Assembly (NCBI GenBank): GCA_963805975.1
Contig: CAWDVR010000005.1
Location: forward strand, 640,001-704,000
Direction of reading: 5' to 3'
DNA from: an uncultured Acidobacteriota bacterium
GTDB lineage: Bacteria; Acidobacteriota; Thermoanaerobaculia; Multivoradales; SZUA-115
DNA: 64,000 nt
This document shows, piece after piece, positions 50,468 to 59,864 of this stretch. Numbering within the stretch: the stretch's first letter is position 1; every line of letters starts with the position of its first letter. A model generated the notes under the pieces. It saw nothing but the letters and a program-made list of their open reading frames with translations, was not told the origin of the DNA and ran no database searches. Both the position numbers and the translations under genes were made by a program.

Positions 50468-53400
50468 CTGGGAGGATTTCTCCCCCTTCCACCGCCTCCG
50501 GCCAGGTCAGGCCCTCCTGGGTCGCCAGGTTCACGATCTCCTGGTGCTCGCGAACCTGGAAGAAAAAGGAATGCCTCTCCCTGGGCTCGAGGCAGTCCGC
50601 CTTGGCCAGGAGCAGCCGATACGCCTGGCGCAGGTGCGGCAGGGCGCCGCGCGGCCGGTTGGCGCGGTGCGCGAGCCAGGAAAGCGCCTGGTAGTGGCGT
50701 AGCTCGCCGATCTCCCGCCGCTCGAAGTGCAGCCTTGCTCCCAGCAGCTTGGTGATCTCGGCGGCCAGGCTCTCGACCTTCTCCTCGTCCACCGCCGCGA
50801 TCGCCAGCTCGATCCAGGCCGCGAGATCCAGCATCACCGCCTCGGGATCCTTGGCCCGGCGGTGCGCCGCCACGGCCTCGGGGAAGGCCCGTCCGGCCTC
50901 GCTCCACTGCCGCTTCAGGAAGAGCACGGTCGCGATCAGGCGCTCGGCATCGCCCAGGGCAGTGTTGAGCGCGCTCAGCATGCAGAGATCGAAATGGGCG
51001 CGGCGGGCCTCCTCGAGCGCGCTGTCCGGGTGCTTCAGGTGGAGGTGGTTCTCGGCCACCGCCAGGCGGGCGATGGCCGCGCCGGCAGGGTCCTCGCCCG
51101 CCTCCCGCAAGGCCAGGGCGCGCCGCAAGGGCGCGGCGGCGGCAGTGTAGTCCCCCAGGCGGGAGAGGGCCTTGCCGATGCCGAGCAGGGCGAACCCGAT
51201 CTCGGCCTTGTCGCCGGCCGCCGCGAGCAGGCCCTCGGCCTCGCGGTAGTGCGCCAGGGCGTCGGGATACCGGCCTTCGAGCAGAGCGATCCGGCCGAGC
51301 GCGGAGAGCGAGGCGCCCACGGCCTTCGACGGATCGAGACGGCGGCGGACGGCGAGCGCTCGTTGGTGCAGCTCGAGTCCGTCGCGCAACCGGTGCTGGT
51401 GCACGGCGACGTTGCCGAGGAGGAAGAGGCAGCTCGCGGCGAGCCACGAGACATGGGCCGAGGCCAGGTGCGGCAAGACGCGCTCCAGCAGCTCGCGCGC
51501 TTCCTCCTGGCGCTCCTGGCGGATCAGCAGGCGGGCGAGGTGGAGGGCCAGCACCGCGCCGGCCCGCTGGTCGCCCCCTCCGATCGTGGTCAGCGCCTGG
51601 CGCAGGGTCGCTTCCGCCTCCGGCAGCCGGCCTTCCTGCTCCTCGAGCTCGGCACCGAGGCCGGCGAGCGCCAGGCTCTTCTTGGTGTCGCCCCCGGCCA
51701 GCCCGCGGGCCAGTCTCAGCTCGCCCGCGAGATCCCGCAGGCGACCGAGCTTCTTGGCGAGAGGAAGGAGGTGCCAGAGGATCAGCAGCTCCCGCTGCGG
51801 CTGGGCGCCGGGCGCGCCGCCGGTCCGGGCGCGCTGCTCCTCGAGCTCGGCGGCGAGGGCCTCGTAGAGCGCGTCCGGCGGCGTCTGGCCCTCGCGGATC
51901 GCTTCCAGGAGCACCGGGAGCCTCTGGGTCGCGGCGGCGAGGAGCCGGTAGCGCCGCCAGGCGGTCCGTGGTGCTGCCGGTAGCGCGGTGCCGACCGCGG
52001 CACGGAGGCGGCTCTCCTCCTCGGCCGGGAGCGTGGTGCGCAGCGCCGCGGCGAAGGCCGGGCAGGTGATCCCGAGGCCCTCGCCCCAGGGCGTGGGCAC
52101 CGATTCGGCCCAGCCCGCCGCCACCCACGTCCCCGGCCAGCCCGCCGCAGGGTCCTCCCCACCGGCTGCGGCCAGGATCGCGGGGGGCAACGGGGCCTGG
52201 GCGCTGGCGAGGAGGCGTGCCGCCCACGGCGCCCCCAGGCGGCAGGCCTCGGCCTCGGCGTGCTGCACCAGCCGCTCCGACGGATGGTAGGGCACCGCAT
52301 CGCTCGCGCCGAAGAAGAAGCTGCCGTGGACCTGGCGGATCAGTCCCAGGGGAAGGAGCGCCGCGAGCCCTTCCTCGAGGGCGAAGGGGTTGCCCTGGGC
52401 GGTCTCCAACAGGCGCTCCCGCACGGTGGCCGGGAGGGAGAGGCCGGCTGCGAGCTGGGTGAGCGTGGTCTCCGCGGCGGCGGCAGGCAGCGGGCCCACG
52501 CGGAGGACGGCGGGGGAGAACGCGGCGAGGGAGGCCGGCGCCGAGCGCCCGGCGGCCAGCAGGCGGAAGCCGCCCCCGGAGCCGGCCGCTCCTCCGGAGC
52601 AGGCCGCGCCGGCGAGCCGCTCGAGACCGGCGAGATCCGCGGGCGATAGGGCCTCCAGGTCGTCCACCACCACGGCGGGCGGCCTGCCGGTCCGTCGGCC
52701 GAGCTGGGTGAGAAGGCCGGGCAGAGCGGATGCCAGGCCCTCGTCGTCCATCCCGAGCTCGCCCAAGCCCTGGAAGTCCGTGCCCGTGGCAGCGCCGGCG
52801 GCCAGCGTGCGGAGCAGGAGCTGGGCGGCGAGGCTCGGTCCCGCGTGCCGTGCGGGGCGCAGCCTCACCCACAAGGGAGGGACCTTGGCTCCGGCCAGCG
52901 CTTCCCAGAGCGCCCGGGTCTTGCCGCAGCCGGCCGCGCCGGTGACCACCAGCAGCGGCGCCGGTGAGGCCAGGGCGCGGTCCAGGTCCGGCCGGCGGAC
53001 GTAGGGAAGACGGCGCCGCAAGAGCTCCGGGCTGCGAAACGGAGGGGCCTCGGCATCCTCGCCGAGAGCCTGGAGCAACGGCACCCGCAAGCCACTGGGT
53101 CCCTGGTAGGCGCCGGCCGGGCGCAGCTTGCGGCGGATCTCCAGGCGTGCCGCGGCATGGGTGGTGAGGTGGATCCTGCCCGCTTCGAGCGTCGGTGCCT
53201 GCCGCTCCGTCTCTTCGAGGACGGGGTTGGCCGCGACGGTGCCCGACGGCATCTCCACCTGGCCGGGGAAGACGAGGAGGCGCAGGCCACCGTGCGCGGT
53301 GCCCTCCTCCGAGGCCGTCAGCAGCTCGGACGCCACCGCCAGGGCGGTCTCGAAGACCGCCGGATCGCCGGCCTCCGGCAGCACCGCGCAGAGGTTCGGC

Positions 53401-53540
53401 CGCGTCCAGACGACCCCCGGCCGCTCTCTCAGGGCCTGTCGCTTCCTGGCCAGGGTCTCTGCCCGGCCGTGCTCCTCCCAGACCCGGACCAGGGCGGCCG
53501 GGAGGAGGAGTCGCGGCTCGTGGCGGGGCTGCTCTGCCAT
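50457..53540 (-). CDS. STAND-like NTPase with C-terminal TPR repeats
   Basis: GAAGCGKT, VVVDDLE, GNPFALEE and many TPR-like helices. The start at 53540 is inferred. Confidence 0.8.
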   Translation of the reverse strand: MAEQPRHEPRLLLPAALVRVWEEHGRAETLARKRQALRERPGVVWTRPNLCAVLPEAGDPAVFETALAVASELLTASEEGTAHGGLRLLVFPGQVEMPSGTVAANPVLEETERQAPTLEAGRIHLTTHAAARLEIRRKLRPAGAYQGPSGLRVPLLQALGEDAEAPPFRSPELLRRRLPYVRRPDLDRALASPAPLLVVTGAAGCGKTRALWEALAGAKVPPLWVRLRPARHAGPSLAAQLLLRTLAAGAATGTDFQGLGELGMDDEGLASALPGLLTQLGRRTGRPPAVVVDDLEALSPADLAGLERLAGAACSGGAAGSGGGFRLLAAGRSAPASLAAFSPAVLRVGPLPAAAAETTLTQLAAGLSLPATVRERLLETAQGNPFALEEGLAALLPLGLIRQVHGSFFFGASDAVPYHPSERLVQHAEAEACRLGAPWAARLLASAQAPLPPAILAAAGGEDPAAGWPGTWVAAGWAESVPTPWGEGLGITCPAFAAALRTTLPAEEESRLRAAVGTALPAAPRTAWRRYRLLAAATQRLPVLLEAIREGQTPPDALYEALAAELEEQRARTGGAPGAQPQRELLILWHLLPLAKKLGRLRDLAGELRLARGLAGGDTKKSLALAGLGAELEEQEGRLPEAEATLRQALTTIGGGDQRAGAVLALHLARLLIRQERQEEARELLERVLPHLASAHVSWLAASCLFLLGNVAVHQHRLRDGLELHQRALAVRRRLDPSKAVGASLSALGRIALLEGRYPDALAHYREAEGLLAAAGDKAEIGFALLGIGKALSRLGDYTAAAAPLRRALALREAGEDPAGAAIARLAVAENHLHLKHPDSALEEARRAHFDLCMLSALNTALGDAERLIATVLFLKRQWSEAGRAFPEAVAAHRRAKDPEAVMLDLAAWIELAIAAVDEEKVESLAAEITKLLGARLHFERREIGELRHYQALSWLAHRANRPRGALPHLRQAYRLLLAKADCLEPRERHSFFFQVREHQEIVNLATQEGLTWPEAVEGGEILPVSS

Positions 53541-53733
53541 GGTGGTCGGGCCCTCTCCTGCCTTCCAGGCCCCTGCCAGGGCTTGCGTAGTGTGAGAAGT
53601 GCGATAGGCTAAGGGCCGGCCTGGAGCTCGAGGGCCGACCACCCTAGTCGAATCGCACCTCGTTCCCAACTTCAGAGTCGCCGTCCGGACGGCCACTCTG
53701 CTTCAAGCAAGAACGCGTCGGAGGAAAGCAAAC

Positions 53734-54282
53734 ATGCGCTCTCGCCGCCTAATGAATCGACTCTACTATTTCACCATTGAGGATGAAAGCATTCTCGCTG
53801 AGGCCTTCTCTAAGCTCGAGGACGACGTCTACGCCATCACTTACAAGGTGACCGGCACGGATGACGTTTTCGTCACCACCCGCGAGACCAAGGACGCCAT
53901 GGATCGCAACGACGTCTCCTACAACCTCCTGGCGGAGGAGGACGCGTCGCGGATCTCGATCTACCATTCGCCTCTCTCGCGCGAAGAGCTGTCGGACTAC
54001 GAAGACGCGATCCGCGCCCTCGCCCTGGCGCACCGTGCCATCGCGCTCGCCTGCGTCGGCGTCAACGGCGAGACCAACCTCGGCTTCGACCTCTCCGAGG
54101 GCCCCAAGCAGTACACCTACTTCTCGGCGCCCGGCGGCCACACCTTCATCTGGCGGCTGTTCTTCGAGCGCGACGACGCCCAGAGCTTCCTCGAGCGCTG
54201 GACCTTCGGCGAGAAGCGGGCCCTGGAGTGGGCTGCCTCGATCCCGCTGGTCTCGGCAAGCGAGCTGCGGTCCTATCATTGA
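53734..54282 (+). CDS. Hypothetical protein upstream of xseA
   Basis: GGAGGA RBS, coding-like codon usage and an overlap with the xseA start. Confidence 0.75.
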   Translation: MRSRRLMNRLYYFTIEDESILAEAFSKLEDDVYAITYKVTGTDDVFVTTRETKDAMDRNDVSYNLLAEEDASRISIYHSPLSREELSDYEDAIRALALAHRAIALACVGVNGETNLGFDLSEGPKQYTYFSAPGGHTFIWRLFFERDDAQSFLERWTFGEKRALEWAASIPLVSASELRSYH

Positions 54283-55667
54283 CGTACGCGGCGGCGGAAT
54301 TCACTCACTCCGTCTCTGAGCTCTGCGAGGAGATTCACACTCTCCTCGCAGAGTCCTTTCCGTCGGCCTGGGTGGCGGGGGAGGTGCAGCGGGTCCGCCG
54401 CAGCCAGCGCGGGCACCTGTACTTCGAGCTCGCCGAGAAGGGCGCCGGCGACGAGATCGCCGCCAAGCTCGATGCCGTGATCTGGCGGACGGACCTCGAG
54501 CGCATCAGCCGATTGCTCGCCGCCTCCGGCCAATCGATCTCCGAGGGTGTCGACCTGCGCTGCCGGGCGGCGGTGGACTTCTATCCACCCGGCGGCCGGC
54601 TGCAGCTCGTGGTGCGGGAAGTGGACCCGCTGGCGAGCCTGGGCCTGCTCGAGCGACGCCGCCGGCAGACGCTGGCGGAGCTCGCCGCGGCCGGCGTCCT
54701 CGACCAGAACCGCGGCCTCTCACTGCCCGACCTGCCGCTCGAGATCGCCCTCGTCACCTCGCAGGGCAGCGCCGCCTACCACGACTTTCTCACCACCCTT
54801 GGCGAGAGCGGCTACGGCTTTCGCGTGCTCTTCGTCCACGCCTCGGTCCAGGGCAAGAGCGCGGAGCGCGAGATCGCCTCGGCGCTGGCCTCGTTGGCCG
54901 GCGCCGGCGTGGCCTGCGCGGTGCTGATCCGCGGCGGCGGCTCGCGCTCCGACCTCGCGGTCTTCGACAGCCGCGAGGTGGCCTTCGCCGTGGCCCGGGC
55001 CCCCTTCCCGGTGCTGACCGGGCTGGGGCACGAGATCGACCAGGCGATCACCGATCGCGTGGCCCACACCGCGGCCAGGACTCCCACCAAGGCCGCCGAG
55101 CTGCTGGTGGAGCTCGTGGGCCGTGCCGAGCGCCGGCTCTCGGAGCTCCAAGGCGGCTTGAGGTCCGCGGCCCTTCTGCCCCTCGACCGCGGCCGGCACC
55201 GGCTGGCCCTCGCCGAGCACGCCGTGACGCGGGCCCGGCATCGCCTGGAGCATGCAGGCGCGCGCCTGGCGGAGATCCATCGTTGCCTGGGCCGCGCCGG
55301 CCTCGTCCTGCTCTCCACCGCGGCCCATCGCCGGAGGGCCCTCTCCGAGCGCCTGCGGCTGGCTTCTCCCCGGCTTCTCGAGCGCCGGGCGGACGAGCCC
55401 CGGCAGGTGGGGGCACGGCTCGCGGCCGCCTCGCGCGGCCAGCTCCGCACCGCGTCGCGCACTCTCGCCGGGCTCGAGCGCCTGTGCACCGAGCTGGGCC
55501 CCGGCCGCACCCTGCGGCGCGGCTTCACCATCACTCGCACGGCGGCCGGTGCGCTGGTACGCTCGCCGGCGGCCACGGTGGCGGGCGAACGCATCCTGAC
55601 CGAGACAGCCGGCGGGCCGGTCGCCAGCCGCGTCGAGGCATTTCCGGTGGAGGTTTCCCCGGCATGA
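54279..55667 (+). CDS. xseA: Exodeoxyribonuclease VII large subunit
   Basis: WVAGEV, GHLYF, RGGGS, GLGHEID, TPT and LRRGF. Confidence 0.95.
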   Translation: MTYAAAEFTHSVSELCEEIHTLLAESFPSAWVAGEVQRVRRSQRGHLYFELAEKGAGDEIAAKLDAVIWRTDLERISRLLAASGQSISEGVDLRCRAAVDFYPPGGRLQLVVREVDPLASLGLLERRRRQTLAELAAAGVLDQNRGLSLPDLPLEIALVTSQGSAAYHDFLTTLGESGYGFRVLFVHASVQGKSAEREIASALASLAGAGVACAVLIRGGGSRSDLAVFDSREVAFAVARAPFPVLTGLGHEIDQAITDRVAHTAARTPTKAAELLVELVGRAERRLSELQGGLRSAALLPLDRGRHRLALAEHAVTRARHRLEHAGARLAEIHRCLGRAGLVLLSTAAHRRRALSERLRLASPRLLERRADEPRQVGARLAAASRGQLRTASRTLAGLERLCTELGPGRTLRRGFTITRTAAGALVRSPAATVAGERILTETAGGPVASRVEAFPVEVSPA

Positions 55668-55939
55668 GCACCGCGAAGACGAACGAAACGCCGGGCACTG
55701 CCTCCGAGGCCCCGGTCTCCGAAACCACGGCCCCGAGCTTCTCCGAGGCGATGGCCGAGCTCGAATCGATCCTGGCGCGGATCGAGAGCGAGGAGATCGA
55801 CGTCGACGACCTCGCCCGCGAGCTCTCCCGCGCGAGCCGCCTGCTCGAGATCGCGCGCGGCAAGATCCGCAAGGCCGAGGTCGAGGTGACGCAGATCGTC
55901 CAGGCCCTCGACGCGGAGAAGCCGGACGGCGATAGTTGA
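55664..55939 (+). CDS. xseB: Exodeoxyribonuclease VII small subunit
   Basis: SFSEAMAELESILARIESEEIDVDD; ATGA overlap with xseA. Confidence 0.93.
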   Translation: MSTAKTNETPGTASEAPVSETTAPSFSEAMAELESILARIESEEIDVDDLARELSRASRLLEIARGKIRKAEVEVTQIVQALDAEKPDGDS

Positions 55940-55942
55940 ACC

Positions 55943-56057
55943 TGTCATCCTGAGCGCAGCGAAGGATCTGGGCGGGGGAAGCGTGCCGACCACCAGATCC
56001 TTCGCTGCGCTCAGGATGACAACCGGGCCGCGGATCATGCCTGCGCTCAGGATGACA
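55943..56057. repeat. REP/BIME-like inverted repeat with a third partial copy
   Basis: 29-bp perfect inverted repeat TGTCATCCTGAGCGCAGCGAAGGATCTGG (55943-55971 / 55993-56021), plus CTGCGCTCAGGATGACA at 56041-56057. Confidence 0.9.
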
Positions 56058-56080
56058 AGTTGACTTGATCATTCTGCGCC

Positions 56081-56109
56081 TTGCCTCGGCCAACGCCCGT
56101 CCGTAGGAT
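56081..56109 (+). promoter_or_regulatory. Sigma70-type promoter, probably giving a leaderless mRNA
   Basis: TTGCCT-N17-TAGGAT, ending 6 nt before the GTG at 56116. Confidence 0.5.
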
Positions 56110-56115
56110 GGGCCG

Positions 56116-58776
56116 GTGCGCGCCTCTCTCCTCCGCGGCCCGCTCACGGGTTTGCTGCTCGCCGCCTGGGCCGTCTCCGTCAGCGGTGAGACAGCCCCGG
56201 TAGCTCCGCCTCCCGGCCCGCCCGTCCGCTACGCCGCCTGGCTCGCCGAAGTGGCGGTCCTGATCTCGGACGCCGAGCGCCAGACCTTCCTCTCGCTCGG
56301 CAAGGACTTCCAGCGCGAGGAGTTCATCCGCCGCTTCTGGCAGGCCCGCGACCCGTATCCGCAGACGGCGCGCAACGAGCTCCTGGAAGCCTGGAAGGAG
56401 CGGGTGGACGCGGCACGGGAACGCTTCGGAGGCCTGGAGGAAGAGCGCGCCCGGATGCTCCTCGCGCTGGGGCCGCCGGCGACCTCGGTGCGCGCTTCCT
56501 GCTCCGAGGTGCTGCGGCCACTCGAGATCTGGACCTACTCGCGGGGGCGTGACAGTCGGGACTCCTTCACCCTGGTCTTCGTGGCGCCGACCGGCTCACC
56601 GGGCGGGCCGTTCGCGCTCTGGCATCCCGGCCACGGCCTGGCGCCGCTCTTGTCGCTCACGGCGCAGTCGTTGCTCGGGCCCGCTGGCGCCGACCCGCTC
56701 TCGCCGGGCGGTACCGACCGGGGCGGAGCTCCCCTGGCCTCCGGCCGAGCCTCTGAGCTGGGAGGCTCCGGGCTGGGCGCTCTTGGCGGGGGCGGCGAGC
56801 CGGCGCGGGTCTCCACCGCCATCGCCGAGCATTGCAGCCGGGGAGACGACATCCTGTCCGGCCTGGCGAGCGCGGTCGACGGCAGGCTCCCGGCCGGGGG
56901 CGCGATCGAGACCGCGCGCGCTCTCCTGCCGCGGCCGAACGACGAGTGGCTGCGCACCTTCGTCGCCTTCTCGACCGACCTGCCCGCCGGCGCCCGGACC
57001 TTCGACGCCGAGCTCGCGGTCAGCTTTCCCGGCCGCCAGCAGAGCCGCACCGTGGTCCAGGGCTTGATCTCGGTGCCGGCGCCCGCGGTGGAGGCGGGAG
57101 CGGGCCGCCCCTTCGTGCTCGACGGCGAGGTGCTGCGCGGACAGGAGCTCTTCGAGCACTTCCGCTACCGGTTCCAGATGGGGCCGTCGGACGCGGTCGC
57201 GGGGCGCTGGCCGCTCCTCTTCCAGCGCCTGCTGCGGCCCGGCGAGTACACCTTGATCGTCAAGGTCGAGGAGCCGGGCGAGAGCCGCTTCTTCCGCGTC
57301 GAGCAGGCGCTCTCGGTACCTGCCGAGCCCACGCCGATTGCCGTGGCAGGTGTGACGGCGGGCGCGGAGCCGGTGCTGCCGGGCGCTCCGCCCGCGGACC
57401 AGGCGCTTGCCGAGAGGCAAGGTGCGCTCGCGGCCGGCGACACCGCCATCGAGCTGCTGGCGCCGCCGGCCCGTCTCTTGACCGGCCGCCACCGATTCGA
57501 GGCCCTGGCGGTGGGAGCGGCGGTGGCGCGGGTGCGCTTCGAGCTCGACGGCAAGCCGGTGCTCACCAAGCGCGAGCCGCCGTGGAGCGCCGAGGTGGAT
57601 CTCGGCCCGGCGCCGCGCATCCGCCGGCTGCGGGCCGTGGCCCTCGACGCAGAAGCGCGCGAGCTCACCGCGGACGAGCTGGTGGTCAACGCCGGGCCGC
57701 ACCGCTTCGCCGTACGGCTCCTCGAGCCGCGGCCCGGCGAGCGCTATACGGCGAGCGTGCCGGCTGCCGCGGTGGTCGAGGTGCCCGAGGGAGAGATCCT
57801 CGAGCGCCTGGAGGTGTATCGGGGCGAGACCCTGGTCGCGACCCTCTACCAGCCTCCTTTCTCGCAGCCGATCCTGCTGCCCGCGGGCGAGGAGACGAGC
57901 TACGTACGGGCGGTCGCCTACCTCGCCGACGGCAGCTCGACGGAAGACGCGGTGCTGATCAACAGCCCCCAGTTCGGCGAGAGCCTGAAGGTGCGCTTCG
58001 TCGAGCTCTACACCGCGGTGGTCGATCGCCGCGGGCGGCCGGTCGAGGATCTCGCCCGCGGCGACTTCCGCGTCTTCGAGAACGGCGCCGAGCAGACCGT
58101 GCTGCGTTTCGAGCGGGTCCGCGATCAGCCCATCCACGCCGGGGTGCTGCTCGACACCTCGGCCTCGATGCTCGAGGAGCTCGCGGACGCGGAGGCGGGT
58201 GCGCTCGAGTTCTTCGGCTCGGTGCTGACCGCCAGGGACCGCGCGGCGGTGATCACCTTCAACGACGGGCCGCGTCTCGCCGTGCGCTTCACCAACGACC
58301 CCGAGGTGCTGGCCGGCGGCCTCGCCGGTCTCACCGCCGAGGGCGAGACGGCGCTCTACGACAGCCTGATCTACGGCCTCTATTACTTCAGCGGCCTCTC
58401 CGGCAAGCGGGCGCTGATCCTGCTCTCCGACGGCGAGGACTCCACCAGCCGCTACCGTTTCGAAGACGTGGTGGAATACGCTCGCCGCACCGGAGTGGCC
58501 ATCTATCCGATCGGTATCGGCCTCGCGAGCCGCCAGAACGAGTTTCGCCTGAAGCTCTCCCGGCTGGCGAAGGAGACCGGCGGCTTGGCCTTCTTCACCG
58601 ACGGTGGGAGCGGCATCGGCCGTGCCTACCAGGCGATCGCAGCCGAGCTGCGTTCGCAGTACCTGCTGGCCTACCAGTCGGCGAGCGGCGAGGGCGACGA
58701 AGCCTTCCGGGAGGTGGAAGTGAAGATGCGGCAGCCGGCGCTCGACGCCAAGACCATCCTCGGTTACTACCCTTGA
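56116..58776 (+). CDS. Secreted GWxTD-like / Ig-like / VWA protein, paralog 4
   Basis: FIRRFWQARDPYPQTARNEL, DTSAS, ETALYD and SDGED; ends GYYP. Confidence 0.88.
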   Translation: MRASLLRGPLTGLLLAAWAVSVSGETAPVAPPPGPPVRYAAWLAEVAVLISDAERQTFLSLGKDFQREEFIRRFWQARDPYPQTARNELLEAWKERVDAARERFGGLEEERARMLLALGPPATSVRASCSEVLRPLEIWTYSRGRDSRDSFTLVFVAPTGSPGGPFALWHPGHGLAPLLSLTAQSLLGPAGADPLSPGGTDRGGAPLASGRASELGGSGLGALGGGGEPARVSTAIAEHCSRGDDILSGLASAVDGRLPAGGAIETARALLPRPNDEWLRTFVAFSTDLPAGARTFDAELAVSFPGRQQSRTVVQGLISVPAPAVEAGAGRPFVLDGEVLRGQELFEHFRYRFQMGPSDAVAGRWPLLFQRLLRPGEYTLIVKVEEPGESRFFRVEQALSVPAEPTPIAVAGVTAGAEPVLPGAPPADQALAERQGALAAGDTAIELLAPPARLLTGRHRFEALAVGAAVARVRFELDGKPVLTKREPPWSAEVDLGPAPRIRRLRAVALDAEARELTADELVVNAGPHRFAVRLLEPRPGERYTASVPAAAVVEVPEGEILERLEVYRGETLVATLYQPPFSQPILLPAGEETSYVRAVAYLADGSSTEDAVLINSPQFGESLKVRFVELYTAVVDRRGRPVEDLARGDFRVFENGAEQTVLRFERVRDQPIHAGVLLDTSASMLEELADAEAGALEFFGSVLTARDRAAVITFNDGPRLAVRFTNDPEVLAGGLAGLTAEGETALYDSLIYGLYYFSGLSGKRALILLSDGEDSTSRYRFEDVVEYARRTGVAIYPIGIGLASRQNEFRLKLSRLAKETGGLAFFTDGGSGIGRAYQAIAAELRSQYLLAYQSASGEGDEAFREVEVKMRQPALDAKTILGYYP

Positions 58777-59384
58777 ATCCCGGCTCCTCGCTGCCGCGCC
58801 TGGTCCTCGCGTCGGGCTCGCCGCGCCGGCGGGAGCTCCTGTCCTCGCTCGGTCTCGCCTGCACCGTGCGGCCCGTCGACCTCGACGAGACGCCGCATCC
58901 CGGCGAGACGGCGAAGGACCTCGTGCGGCGGCTCGCCCGCTCCAAGGCGCGGGCGCTGGCCGAGCCGGGAGAGCTGGTGCTCGCGGCCGACACGGTGGTG
59001 GTGCTCGACGGCGACATCCTCGGCAAGCCGCGGGACGCGGCCGACGCGGCGGCGGTGCTGGCGCGGCTCGCGGGCCGCGAGCACACCGTGGCGACGGGGG
59101 TGGCCCTCTTCGAGCCCGGCGCGAGCCGCGAGGCGGTGACGGTCGAGATCTGCCGAGTGCAGATGACGCCGATGAACGGGCGCGAGATCGGCTGGTACGT
59201 GGCCACCGGCGAGCCGCTCGACAAGGCCGGCAGCTACGCCATCCAGGGCCGCGGCGCGCTCTTCGTCGAAGCCGTGCACGGCAACTACACCAACGTGGTG
59301 GGCCTGCCTCTGCCGGCCACCCGCCGGCTGTTCACGGAGCTGGGGTACGAGCTCCGGGAGTGGGCGGCTAGTCGCCAACCCTGA
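58773..59384 (+). CDS. maf: Maf-family nucleoside triphosphate pyrophosphatase
   Basis: LASGSPRRRELL, AADTVV, GKP, DKAGSY and NVVGLP. Confidence 0.95.
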   Translation: MNPGSSLPRLVLASGSPRRRELLSSLGLACTVRPVDLDETPHPGETAKDLVRRLARSKARALAEPGELVLAADTVVVLDGDILGKPRDAADAAAVLARLAGREHTVATGVALFEPGASREAVTVEICRVQMTPMNGREIGWYVATGEPLDKAGSYAIQGRGALFVEAVHGNYTNVVGLPLPATRRLFTELGYELREWAASRQP

Positions 59385-59679
59385 TCGGCTCGCCCAGCTC
59401 GCCGAGCGAGAAGTTGGCCATGATCTGGTGGCCGTTGAAGTCGAGCACGCGGATGTCCTCCTTCTGCTCGAGGTCGCCTGCGATCGAGGCGAAGGAGTGG
59501 CTGTAGCGCCGGCGGACGGCGTCGAGCTCCACCTCGTAGGCGATGAACTTGTCGATCCCCTTGTAGCGGAGCTTCTCGACCAGCCGCTCGTCGGTGAGCG
59601 TGGGGAAGGTCGAAAGCACTAGGATCGGCCCGGTGCCGGTGAAGATCAGATACGCGCGCGTCGAGGCGTCGAGGCTCAT
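59368..59679 (-). CDS. Small hypothetical protein
   Basis: AAGGAG RBS, an upstream TTGACA-N17-TAGCTT promoter and coding-like codon usage. Confidence 0.8.
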   Translation of the reverse strand: MSLDASTRAYLIFTGTGPILVLSTFPTLTDERLVEKLRYKGIDKFIAYEVELDAVRRRYSHSFASIAGDLEQKEDIRVLDFNGHQIMANFSLGELGEPIRVGD

Positions 59680-59761
59680 GGCTCTCCTTCCGACGAGACG
59701 CCCGGAAGCTAACGCCCGCTGCCGAGGCTGTCAAGACGGAGGAGAATGGTAGTGGTGCATC

Positions 59762-59839
59762 TGGCGTGCCCAGTGCCGTGGGAGCGCAGCGTTACCCGTA
59801 GAGGGCGTCGAGCACCGGACCAGGGCACTGGGCACGCCA
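59762..59839. repeat. Long intergenic inverted repeat
   Basis: TGGCGTGCCCAGTGCC / GGCACTGGGCACGCCA: 16-bp perfect arms. Confidence 0.8.
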
Positions 59840-59864
59840 CGAGAACGATGGTCCAGGGGGCCGC

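Noticed and set aside
46930-59384. ORFs 46930..50415, 49759..52872 and 56832..59384 as long genes
   Set aside because: Off-frame shadows. Only the 3' portions 49753..50415 and maf look like real genes.
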